Origin: Eubacteriales bacterium
GTDB taxonomy: Bacteria > Bacillota > Clostridia > Christensenellales > MGBC116941
Direction: 5' to 3'
Length of the DNA stretch: 37,532 nt
Assembly (NCBI GenBank): GCA_031550915.1
Contig: JAVBOF010000075.1
Span: forward strand, 1 to 37,532
The notes under the pieces were generated by a model. The model saw only the letters and a program-made list of their open reading frames with translations, ran no database searches and was not told where the DNA came from. The translations under genes were made by a program, and so were the position numbers. Shown here piece by piece: positions 17,868 to 26,950 of this stretch (its first letter is position 1; each line of letters begins with the position of its first letter).

Positions 17868-18719
17868 TCATTTATACATATTATATGCTTGGCTATATTC
17901 TTGTTCTAAGTTTAGGGATTTAACAAGATCCAAGATTTTTGACTCATACGCTGTTAAAAAAGGAAAATCTGATTTTATACGAGCCAAGCGCAAAGCAAAA
18001 AGATTTTTTTCATACTGATCTTTTGACAAAATATCCATATGTGTTTCCAGAGTCAAGCTTAATGTCATAGAATCTAATAATAAATTAGCAAGAATAAGTG
18101 ATCCTTCGCTTTTAACTTTCTCACACAAGAAACTTACTTTTTTGAGCTCAGGCATCACTTCAAAAGCAACATTGTAGAGTAAACAACAATCTCTTTCATT
18201 TGACTTTAGTGAGCCGGAAAACGCACTTGTTCCAAAATCTATTATTTTTGCTACATTATCATCCGTAACAATAATATTACGGCTATGCAAATCGCCGTGA
18301 TATATGTCCTCTTCATATACAGGAATCATTGCTATTAGTATTTGTTTAAGAACAATAAACCGGAGCATATATTCATGTTTCCCTGCTAGCCATTTTCTTA
18401 ATTCAATGCCATCAATGTATTCCATAGTACAATATGATAGACCATCCAGCTCTGATGCAGAAAAAACTGTACATATATTTTTATTTCCAATGAATTTTGC
18501 ATTCTTATTCAATTCTAATGCAACTCGTTTAGGATCAACCAAAAGCATTCCCTGTCGCGGAATCCATATTTTAACAACTTCTTTTCTGTTCAAACGATTA
18601 TTTTGGGTCAAAAATGTTATTGCGTTTGCTCCAGAATCTAAGCATTTTATAAAAGAATAACCTTCCAAAGGAAAAACTTTTTTGTCTATCAAAAGTTGGT
18701 TTCCGTCTATTTCGAACAT
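17868..18719 (-). CDS. Hanks-type Ser/Thr protein kinase, soluble
   Basis: LDSGANA glycine loop, VVKIW, MEYIDG, HGDLHSRN, IIDFG; AT-rich; no TM or PASTA domain. Confidence 0.88.
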   Translation of the reverse strand: MFEIDGNQLLIDKKVFPLEGYSFIKCLDSGANAITFLTQNNRLNRKEVVKIWIPRQGMLLVDPKRVALELNKNAKFIGNKNICTVFSASELDGLSYCTMEYIDGIELRKWLAGKHEYMLRFIVLKQILIAMIPVYEEDIYHGDLHSRNIIVTDDNVAKIIDFGTSAFSGSLKSNERDCCLLYNVAFEVMPELKKVSFLCEKVKSEGSLILANLLLDSMTLSLTLETHMDILSKDQYEKNLFALRLARIKSDFPFLTAYESKILDLVKSLNLEQEYSQAYNMYK

Positions 18720-18847
18720 GCTTACTCCTAAGAAAATAAATTCATTAGCAACTATTTTATACTATACGCTATAGCCAAGATCTAACTGTTTACATAAACT
18801 ATATCACAATAAACTACACATATAAATGCCAAACATACATTAGGGTT

Positions 18848-18919
18848 TTAGGGCAAAGCCCTAACAAGATTTGTATTTGGGTACCCAAATGCGATGCTTG
18901 CTATCCGTAAAACGGATAG
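18848..18919 (+). promoter_or_regulatory. Putative oriT
   Basis: Three inverted repeats (TTAGGGC-AAA-GCCCTAA; ATTTGGGTACCCAAAT; CTATCCGT-AAA-ACGGATAG) with TGCTTG^C at 18895-18901, resembling the pC221-type MOBP nic. Confidence 0.75.
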
Positions 18920-19023
18920 GGTGAAAAGAATGAAATGATTTATCGTTAAGCCGTCTTTTTGGGGCGGGGAATTGGCTGGATCTCTTTGTGCTTCTCTTTT
19001 AATTCGGGAGACCGTCAGTTACA

Positions 19024-20316
19024 TTATCTACAAATATCGGCTTTATTCCGCTTCTTTTTTTTTACCTCAATATCAATATCCTTAGATATATCGTACTCAA
19101 TAACGGCAAGATCATTGAACTGCTTTTTCAGCTTTTCACCATAACCCTTGCCTGTGCAATCGATAATAATATCAATACCGCTTTTGTTTTTCTGCTTAAA
19201 CTCGTTTATATAAGTTTCAAGCGATGAGAAATCACCATTACATATAACCATTCTGTGAGTTGCGTTTCCGTCTGTGACGAGGGCATGGTCAATCAGGTGC
19301 TGCGGATTACTGTAAAGGCATAGTCCGCTACCACCGCCTTTTGCACATTCCCCGTGTGGTGAGAAGTCTTTACAGGCTATACCTTTAACTTTCTTTAGGG
19401 TATCGTTCCAATCGTTTAGAATGGGGAGAGTATATGAAATTTCGTAATTGTTCATATACTTCTCTATATATTTTATTGTGGCGGCATACCCTGCGCCATC
19501 GTTGTTCAACCGAAACCCAATCTGGCTAATTTCGGGATGATTTTTCAAAAACACCTCCAGAGCGCCGTCATGTACACATCCTAAAGATAGCCTATGAGCT
19601 TTCATATAATCCAGCCCATAATGCTTATATAAACTGGCGAGGGAGATGGCTTCTATGGGGGCTTCAAAAACGCATACAGTTTTTGCGTTATCATATCCTG
19701 CCAGCAAAAAGCCATAATACTTGTTGCTGCCCTCGGCATCAACCCGATACTGCCCCCAAAGGCTGCGGCTTGAAGCATATTTAGGCGTTGCTGTTTTGTC
19801 CAAGCCAACAAAGGTCACATTATCATAAGTCTTTCCGCTGTTCTTATCCGAATAACTGCTTTGATATATTATGCCTTGCTCAATGCAGCGCCCTATAATG
19901 TCTATATCCATACCACGCTTCTGCAAATAGGATACGGCTTTTCTGTTGTCACAACTTTTATTCGGCAATATAAGCTGCTGAATCTTTTGTTCGTGGCGCT
20001 TTATATAAGTGGGTTTTCTTGCATAGCTTTGAACGCCGCCTACAAGCCGTGCCATAGCTTCCCGAAAGCTCTTATTCTCGTAATATATTAAAAAATCCAG
20101 CGTGTTACCGCCGGATACGCTGTTATTTCTTTCGTTGCTGAAAAACATTTTACCATTAAATTCGTGCCAAGTGCTATTGTTGAAAACAACAAGGCTCTTA
20201 TCGCCGTTCAGGTTAAATTCATGCCCGTGCTTTTTTAAGTTATATCCTTCTTCCCGAAGGTAGGATATCAAATCATAATCCTTTGCATTTTGTATCTGCT
20301 CATCGCTGTAATACAT
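19024..20316 (-). CDS. DUF3991/Toprim primase-like conjugation protein
   Basis: GGNTLDFL, YLQKRG, NVTFVGLD, VFEAPIEAISL, LNNDGAG, DWNDTL; RBS GGAGG before the ATG at 20316. Confidence 0.85.
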   Translation of the reverse strand: MYYSDEQIQNAKDYDLISYLREEGYNLKKHGHEFNLNGDKSLVVFNNSTWHEFNGKMFFSNERNNSVSGGNTLDFLIYYENKSFREAMARLVGGVQSYARKPTYIKRHEQKIQQLILPNKSCDNRKAVSYLQKRGMDIDIIGRCIEQGIIYQSSYSDKNSGKTYDNVTFVGLDKTATPKYASSRSLWGQYRVDAEGSNKYYGFLLAGYDNAKTVCVFEAPIEAISLASLYKHYGLDYMKAHRLSLGCVHDGALEVFLKNHPEISQIGFRLNNDGAGYAATIKYIEKYMNNYEISYTLPILNDWNDTLKKVKGIACKDFSPHGECAKGGGSGLCLYSNPQHLIDHALVTDGNATHRMVICNGDFSSLETYINEFKQKNKSGIDIIIDCTGKGYGEKLKKQFNDLAVIEYDISKDIDIEVKKKKRNKADICR

Positions 20317-20387
20317 ATCAATACCTCCCGAAACAAGGAAGGAGCTGCCCATATTTGAACAGTCCCTAATACTTGTTAAATTAATGT

Positions 20388-20888
20388 TTACTGTGCAACT
20401 GCTGTCAGTGCGTCAACAATATGGGCATCAAACTCCGTTCCAGCCCTCAGCGATAAATACTCCAACGCCTGAAAAGCGGGCCAGGCTTTTCTATACGGCC
20501 TGTCCGTTGTCAACGCATCAAAAACATCTGCCACGGCGATTATCCTTGCGCTAGTTGGTATCTGCTTATCGAAAAGCCCCGTATAGCCGCTGCCGTTCAG
20601 CCGTTCGTGATGGTACAGGGCGGCTTCTGCTGCCGCCCTGTGTATTTCATCGGGCATATTGGACAATATCAAATGCCCCATAGTGGTATGCCATTGGATT
20701 AATTTGTACTCGTCCTTCGTAAGCGCAGTAGGTTTATCGAGTAAGGCTGAGGGAATGCCCATCTTACCGATATCGTGAAACATTCCGGAAATGGTTATGA
20801 TAGCCGTATCCTTTTCGGATAAGCCAAGTTTTCCCGCAATCCTGCCTGATAGCTCGGATACATGCAAAGCGTGATCCAAGTCTACCAT
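20388..20888 (-). CDS. Stand-alone HD-GYP phosphodiesterase (GYT variant)
   Basis: H...FHDIGK, HTTMG, HHERLNGSGYT, ARIIAVADVFDALTTDRPYR. Confidence 0.92.
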   Translation of the reverse strand: MVDLDHALHVSELSGRIAGKLGLSEKDTAIITISGMFHDIGKMGIPSALLDKPTALTKDEYKLIQWHTTMGHLILSNMPDEIHRAAAEAALYHHERLNGSGYTGLFDKQIPTSARIIAVADVFDALTTDRPYRKAWPAFQALEYLSLRAGTEFDAHIVDALTAVAQ

Positions 20889-23800
20889 TACTTACTCTGC
20901 TTTCTTTTCCTGAATGTGCGGATAGCAAAGAACGATACGCCTCCCATAAGGATAATCACCACGCCTATGGCGATTAGGATATCGTATTTGTCCGTATCCA
21001 GCCCCAGCTTAACAAACGGAGAGTTTGGCACTTTAACGGAAAGGGGAACATCGATCGTGTTTTCATCCTTGACGGATATTTTCATGGGCGGTGCAGGGAA
21101 GAAGCCCTTTGGTACGACTTTTTCCTCCAGCCAATAGTTGCCTTTTGGGATATGTGATATAAGCATTTCGCCCTTGCTGTTGACCATGAGGGTTGTATCT
21201 TTGCCCTTCGGGTCATATCTGAAGCTTCCGTCTTTCTGCTTTGTAAAATGAAGCGTTTTGAATCCCAAGCCAAGGAATCCGTCCTTCTGCTTTATCTCGA
21301 AACCTGCGCCCGTCACTGGTTTGTCAGTCTTGGCGTGAACTTTGCACAGGTGGAAAGCCAGAGGGACGTTATATATCTCAACACTGAATGGATTGGATAT
21401 ACCGTTTTCATCCGTAAGACTAAACTTTACAGGAGAGAGGGCAGCATAACCAGCTTGCGGTACTTCAACAAGGGTATAGTTTGCTTTAGGCAGATACAGA
21501 ATACTGGCTTTACCGTCTATACCTGTAACAAACTCCGCTTTGCCGTCATCATTGGGAACATAGCTACCGTCATCCCTCTGTATCAGCTTTATTGGGTTAT
21601 TATCCGGGTCTAATAGGCGGAACGCAACCGCCATTGGATTCTTGGTGTAGCTGTCAGCCTTATATACCGTTAGCTTTGTCGGCTCATCCGTAATACCCGT
21701 TTGCCCTGTGATGCTGCCGTATGCGTCCACCGTAAAGCTGAATTGTGTCTGGTTAATGACGAATTGGGCAGGACAGTAGGATTCAAAGAAGGTATATGTC
21801 CCTGCGGGAATCTCAGCCATCGTGATAGTACCAGCTTCGGAGGTAAGGCCGGTATAGTATAATGTACCGTCTGATTGAAATATTTCGATTTTCGCTCCCG
21901 GTATGGGCTTGCCGTCCGTGATATCTGTCTTATTGAGCGTTACTTCATTGGGGGCGTTAGTGCGGGAGTATACTACGATGTCCGGCGAATCCTCGTTTAT
22001 TTTAATAACATCAACTTTATCTTCCAGCTTGAATCCTGTCGGCGGTGTTACCTCGTTGATTTGATAACCGTCCTTTGAATACGGCAACGGCAGCGATGTT
22101 GCAATGCCTTCCTTATTGGTTTTGAGAGTTGTTACAACAATACCGTCCTTTGTGCGAATCTCGAATATCGAACCTTCAAGAGGGCGGTTATTGTCCCTTG
22201 CGTCAGTCTTAATAACCCGAATCTGCTTTTTATGAAGCTTGTTTTTTATGGGTTTGTTGTCGTTTACATCGACGCTGATCTCATGCACTTTATCTCTGGC
22301 ATATTTAGCTTCAATATGGTACTTTGTGTCCGAAAGCTCGTAATCAGCATTTTTCGCAGCCAGTTCCTTCACATAGAATTTACCCAGCGGAATCTCCTTG
22401 GATATTTCCGCTATGCCTTGGGCGTTAGTTTCCATGATGCCCAAGAGGTCATTCTTACTCAAAACCACGCTGCCGTCCGCACCTCTAATGTCCTCATCGG
22501 CAAACAGACCGAATATGAAGCCATCACCGTTGATGTAGGAAAATTCGCATGTGGAAGGCGTGAATATCTCAGCATGTTTCTGGAGATTTATGCATACTTT
22601 CTGCCGTTCGTTTATGAGCTTTAAGCTTTCGGAAACAATGGGCGTATGCTGGTCTTTGTATTCCAAAGTAACTTCATACTCGGATTTATCAAGGACAAAT
22701 GGCTCAATGGTTTTTTTCTCTTTTACAATGTATGTCCCAAGATAAAGTTCTTTTGTCTTTGCCTTTGAATCACTGCCTGTGATAATGGTATCAATAACAT
22801 CGCCCTTCTTTGCGTGTACTATGCCGTCCGGCGTTTTGATATCATATTTAGCGATTACATCAAACTCTATGCCCGCCAAGCCTTGCTTTTTATATACAGG
22901 TACTCTTAGCTTGCCATACTTGGTATCACTTTCTTTAGCCCCAACAAGCATTTCGCCCTGCTTTTCTATGGTTATCGTGCCCTTAGCCGGGCTGTCAGTG
23001 CATTCCGCAACAAGGGTCTGCGCCGCTTGATCTTTTATTTCGAAGGGTATGGCATTTTCGTTTAACAAATACGAGTACGGCGATTCCAATTCATGTAAAG
23101 TATATTTGCCGTACGGCAACGGTTCAGGCAATGTCAGTGTTCCGCTGCCATCCGTTTCAAAAATGTCCAGAGTAACAGGCTGCGGATACTGTATATGCTG
23201 TTTAACAATATCGCCGGATGAATCCTTTATCTGAAACTTAGCCCCGGCGAGGGGAATAACTTTTCCGCTCTCCGCATCCACTTTTACTATTTTAAGATTT
23301 AATTCGATAGTGTCGTTTTCAAGTATAAATGGATATGTCCTGTTTTCCGCTGAAACGGAAACCTTAAATGGGGCTACCAGCTTTCTGCCCTCGTTCGCTG
23401 CACTTGGCAATTCTGTCACTATATATTCTCCGTAGGGCAGGAGCTTGGATATCCCAAAACCGTTTTCATCGGTCTTTATTTTGTCCAGTACTTCGCCGCT
23501 TAATATAAGCTTTACTTCAAACTCAACATCCTTAAGCGGCTCTTTTATGTTTTCGTTACCCTGCTCCGGCTCACCTGTAAGCGGTTTACTCGCAAACTTT
23601 ATTACGGAGATTTTACCCTCGACAACTTTGTTTTCTACGGTTTCAGATAACAGGGCGATTTCTTCATTTTGCTCGGCATAGGCAATGCGAAAAGGATATT
23701 CCTTTTGTGATAGGGTATATCCTCTTGGCGGGGTGATCTCTTTCAGAATATAGTCCGTTTCGATGGGAAGCTCCCCGCTCTGCACGCTGCGGCTGTTAGC

Positions 23801-25429
23801 GGGGCATTGCAGGGTTTCGATAAGAATGCCGCTTGTTGTGTATATTCCAAAGGTAGCGCCTGTCAAAGTCGCGTCACCCTGCGCTTTGTCAGCAGTGTCC
23901 TTATCCGCTTTCGTGACGGTTATTTTGCTTACCTGTGGTTTCTCAGGAATATCTACCCGCTCATATGCAATGGGCGTATATTGGTCTTCATAACCCAAGG
24001 CCACGGTATATGTCGTTGGATTCAAAACCATTTTTGAAGGCGCGGTTTTCTCTTTTACGGTATATGTATGGCCTATGGGGAGTTTCTTGCTCTCACCGTA
24101 ACCTGAAACGTTCGTTATAATGGTATCCACAATGGCGTTATCGGAATCCCTGACCTCAAATACCGCTCCTCCAAGTGAGTAGTTACCCATGCTTGGATTG
24201 CTGTTGCTCTTATACAGCTGGATAATGCCCTCGCCGCGCTGGTCAATTATATTTGCCGTTGTGGTTTGGCTGGATATTACCGGGACATTTACGTTATTTG
24301 TGTTCAAAAGATAATTTACCTTTGCCTGTATCTCCACCAATCGGTAATCCCCTGCAGGAAGGTCTGAGCATATTGCTTTTCCATCAGCGCCGATTGTAAG
24401 GGTATCCACCAAAACATTATCGCTGTCGTAAAGCTCGAATACCGCACCTTCCTGACTGCCGCCGTCACTGCCAACTTTTACAATTTCAAGATTACCCAAA
24501 GCATCAGTGGTCATATTCAAGTCTTTTGAAGCTGCAATCTCCATACCCTTGCCGACAAGAACAACATCCTGTTCATCGCTGTCGCTTGGAGTATAGTAGG
24601 CATAATTTGCCGCAACTCTGTCATCATAGCCTTTTGCTGTCAGGGTAATCTTCTTACCGGCATTTTGAGGCGCTGCGGGAATCTTTATCGTCAAGATATC
24701 TCCGCTATCTCCGGTAAAGCCCTCAACAATTGAACCTGTGGGAAGCTTTGTCTTATCAAGTGTATACCCGCCATGCATATTCGTAAGGGTGGCTTTTGTA
24801 GTTCCTTCAAAAAATGTGCCTGTTCCATCCTGAACCAGGGTTATGTTCGAAGGCGTGAATTTCACGGAATGGGTCAGTTTCTGCTGCGCCCGAGCAAGAT
24901 TTAACAGGTCTATTGCAAAGTCCCAAACGGCATCAGCCGAAGACGTACCTTTGGATCGCACTTGACCGGGATGATCTTTTAGGTTAGTGAAGCCATAAAA
25001 GCTGCCGTTAGGCGAACCCGTCTGCTCTGATAGCCAAAAGCGTACAGCGTTCGCCGTTGCATAACGCGCTTGGCTGGAGGATAAACCACCACTACCGTTT
25101 GGATAACCTCTTTCAAGTATTATTTGCAACCCTAATCTTGTTTTCGCTGAGTATTTTGTTGTCGGGTCATATTCCGTTGCAGAGCCATGAGGGCTGTTTT
25201 TAGCATGTTGCAGACAGTATGCCACAATCTCTGGGCTTGAACCGTCCACATAATGGTATGGTGTGTCCAGTGAATGCCAGCCGGAGTCGTTATGGTATTC
25301 AAAGTATTCCGTTGGTTCTTCCCTTGTATCAACATCCACTGTATTTGCTGCAAGTGCGTTTACAGGGAAAATGGAAAGGGATAAAAGAACAATCAACAGA
25401 ATTGCCAGAATCCTTCTTGTTTTGTTCAT
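20888..25429 (-). CDS. Large cell-surface adhesin: putative thioester domain plus SpaA/Cna-B isopeptide repeats
   Basis: Signal peptide, VAYCLQH motif, repeated KxD...GAxF...GxYxxxExxxPxGY units, C-terminal TM and basic tail. Confidence 0.9.
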   Translation of the reverse strand: MNKTRRILAILLIVLLSLSIFPVNALAANTVDVDTREEPTEYFEYHNDSGWHSLDTPYHYVDGSSPEIVAYCLQHAKNSPHGSATEYDPTTKYSAKTRLGLQIILERGYPNGSGGLSSSQARYATANAVRFWLSEQTGSPNGSFYGFTNLKDHPGQVRSKGTSSADAVWDFAIDLLNLARAQQKLTHSVKFTPSNITLVQDGTGTFFEGTTKATLTNMHGGYTLDKTKLPTGSIVEGFTGDSGDILTIKIPAAPQNAGKKITLTAKGYDDRVAANYAYYTPSDSDEQDVVLVGKGMEIAASKDLNMTTDALGNLEIVKVGSDGGSQEGAVFELYDSDNVLVDTLTIGADGKAICSDLPAGDYRLVEIQAKVNYLLNTNNVNVPVISSQTTTANIIDQRGEGIIQLYKSNSNPSMGNYSLGGAVFEVRDSDNAIVDTIITNVSGYGESKKLPIGHTYTVKEKTAPSKMVLNPTTYTVALGYEDQYTPIAYERVDIPEKPQVSKITVTKADKDTADKAQGDATLTGATFGIYTTSGILIETLQCPANSRSVQSGELPIETDYILKEITPPRGYTLSQKEYPFRIAYAEQNEEIALLSETVENKVVEGKISVIKFASKPLTGEPEQGNENIKEPLKDVEFEVKLILSGEVLDKIKTDENGFGISKLLPYGEYIVTELPSAANEGRKLVAPFKVSVSAENRTYPFILENDTIELNLKIVKVDAESGKVIPLAGAKFQIKDSSGDIVKQHIQYPQPVTLDIFETDGSGTLTLPEPLPYGKYTLHELESPYSYLLNENAIPFEIKDQAAQTLVAECTDSPAKGTITIEKQGEMLVGAKESDTKYGKLRVPVYKKQGLAGIEFDVIAKYDIKTPDGIVHAKKGDVIDTIITGSDSKAKTKELYLGTYIVKEKKTIEPFVLDKSEYEVTLEYKDQHTPIVSESLKLINERQKVCINLQKHAEIFTPSTCEFSYINGDGFIFGLFADEDIRGADGSVVLSKNDLLGIMETNAQGIAEISKEIPLGKFYVKELAAKNADYELSDTKYHIEAKYARDKVHEISVDVNDNKPIKNKLHKKQIRVIKTDARDNNRPLEGSIFEIRTKDGIVVTTLKTNKEGIATSLPLPYSKDGYQINEVTPPTGFKLEDKVDVIKINEDSPDIVVYSRTNAPNEVTLNKTDITDGKPIPGAKIEIFQSDGTLYYTGLTSEAGTITMAEIPAGTYTFFESYCPAQFVINQTQFSFTVDAYGSITGQTGITDEPTKLTVYKADSYTKNPMAVAFRLLDPDNNPIKLIQRDDGSYVPNDDGKAEFVTGIDGKASILYLPKANYTLVEVPQAGYAALSPVKFSLTDENGISNPFSVEIYNVPLAFHLCKVHAKTDKPVTGAGFEIKQKDGFLGLGFKTLHFTKQKDGSFRYDPKGKDTTLMVNSKGEMLISHIPKGNYWLEEKVVPKGFFPAPPMKISVKDENTIDVPLSVKVPNSPFVKLGLDTDKYDILIAIGVVIILMGGVSFFAIRTFRKRKQSK

Positions 25430-25459
25430 AAAAATATCAACCTCCTTTAATTTGGGTAC

Positions 25460-25482
25460 AAAAAAACACCGCGTTTGCGGTG
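25460..25482 (-). terminator. Intrinsic terminator just upstream of the adhesin RBS
   Basis: Minus strand CACCGC-AAAC-GCGGTG-TTTTTTT. Confidence 0.8.
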
Positions 25483-25515
25483 CTAAAAAGATGAAAATAT
25501 GCTTTTTATATCTAT

Positions 25516-26301
25516 CTATTCGATGCCTAGATCATCGTGCTGTGATGGAAGGGGCGCGATGATGACGAAATACATAACATCGTTTCTCCATGCAGCTCCT
25601 ATACCGAAATACTGGCGGTCAGGCAATAGAAAATCTGTAGTATGGGCTGTGGATGCCGCGCCTTCGTTGTATGCGGCATTCAAATCCTTGGTTAGCACTG
25701 TTCCTACGGTTTCGGAGAACATATTGTCAGAATGATCAGCCCTTCCATTGCCACGTTCAGCAAGCTTTTTAGCATGTACTGCGGCTATTTCATTCAGCTT
25801 AGGATGTGTCTTTGCTGGTTGAGCCCCATAGCATTCATCATCCTTGTATTGTTCATCAGAACCATAAAACTCACGGTATTCATTGATTCCGTCCATGATT
25901 GCTTGTATATATTTATCGCCCATCATGGTAATGACAGGGCTTATCGGGGTACTGATCTTTCCGCTGATTTTGCTATATCCACTTGCCTTATGTGACTTGC
26001 TTAGCGCCTTTATTTTGTAATAATATGACTTTTTGAGCTTCACCTTTTTGTCTACAAAACTCAATTTATTCGTTTCGCCAACCTTGGTATACCCGCTGCT
26101 TTTCTTTTCCGAACGGTATATCCTGTAAAGATACGCACCCTTTGATTTATCCCATGACACTTTAACATATTCTGCCGAGATTTTGACTTTGATACTCTTT
26201 GGCGAGGGAGGAGCATTTGAAGCCGCAAGCGCTGCGCTTGGAAAAAGAAATACGCTAATCAACATTAAAAGCGCAAAGCTAAACTTTATGCTTCTGTTCA
26301 T
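25516..26301 (-). CDS. Secreted fibronectin type III plus CAP/SCP-like domain protein
   Basis: Signal peptide; VSWDKSKGAYLYRIYRS...YYYKIKA (FN3); INEYR...LNEIAAVHAKKLA...HS...FGIG (CAP-like). Confidence 0.75.
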   Translation of the reverse strand: MNRSIKFSFALLMLISVFLFPSAALAASNAPPSPKSIKVKISAEYVKVSWDKSKGAYLYRIYRSEKKSSGYTKVGETNKLSFVDKKVKLKKSYYYKIKALSKSHKASGYSKISGKISTPISPVITMMGDKYIQAIMDGINEYREFYGSDEQYKDDECYGAQPAKTHPKLNEIAAVHAKKLAERGNGRADHSDNMFSETVGTVLTKDLNAAYNEGAASTAHTTDFLLPDRQYFGIGAAWRNDVMYFVIIAPLPSQHDDLGIE

Positions 26302-26339
26302 GCCGATACCTCCAAAAATGCTATGATTAATTTATTGGG

Positions 26340-26368
26340 AGCATAGCATGAACCTTAACATAGTTCAA
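26340..26368 (-). promoter_or_regulatory. Putative sigma-A promoter of the FN3-CAP gene
   Basis: TTGAAC-17 nt-TATGCT with an extended TG. Confidence 0.5.
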
Positions 26369-26426
26369 ACTTTTCTCTTTAACCCCTAATATATTTCTCA
26401 GTATTATTTATATCAGTCTTATTAGC

Positions 26427-26468
26427 CCGTAAAATTTCCGGTTCTTGAATCGTAAAATTTACGATTCA
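26427..26468. repeat. RepA_N-type iterons / putative replication origin
   Basis: Palindrome TGAATCGTAAAATTTACGATTCA (26446-26468) and a related copy CCGTAAAATTTCCGG 23 bp away, at the end of repA_N. Confidence 0.65.
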
Positions 26469-26821
26469 GGCGAAACAGGCATAGGAGGCCGCATATGGCA
26501 TATAAAAATTAGATTTGGCTTGCCTAGCCCTTGCCGTATTTCATCAATAAGCTGTATACTCTGAAGCTCACGAAAGGCTTTTGTGCATGTCTTGTCGGAT
26601 ATGTTCAATAGCTGCTGGATATCCAAACGGGTAAAGATCAAATAGATCTCACCGTATACGTTTACCCAGCCGTTTTGCTTAGAAAGGTACATCCGGTCAA
26701 GCAGCAGAGCATATAGCATCTTAGCGTCATTTGACAGAACGTCATAGGGCGGTACAAACAGGTCTTTGGGCAGCATGATATAGCTGTGGGTATTGCTTTC
26801 AGTTATTTTATATCTGCTCAC
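26459..26821 (-). CDS. repA: Replication initiator A N-terminal domain (RepA_N) protein, short or truncated
   Basis: LPKDLF...LSNDAKMLYALLLDRMYLSKQNGWV...IYLIFT...RQGLGKPNLIF. Confidence 0.85.
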   Translation of the reverse strand: MSRYKITESNTHSYIMLPKDLFVPPYDVLSNDAKMLYALLLDRMYLSKQNGWVNVYGEIYLIFTRLDIQQLLNISDKTCTKAFRELQSIQLIDEIRQGLGKPNLIFICHMRPPMPVSPES

Positions 26822-26950
26822 ATAGTATTTTCCTCCTTATCTTTAATTATATTAGTCCTCCTAATCTTCTTTCAGCCTTTCAAGCATTATCCGCTTGTGC
26901 TTGCGTTGTTCGCTATCCAAGGGGTCAAAGTTTTCAAGGAAACAAGCGTA

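Noticed and set aside
20335-20367. Terminator between HD-GYP and Toprim
   Set aside because: The stem is imperfect and the U-tract weak, so it was not counted.
25430-25515. c-di-GMP riboswitch upstream of the adhesin/HD-GYP unit
   Set aside because: Only a simple terminator; no class I or II consensus and too little space.
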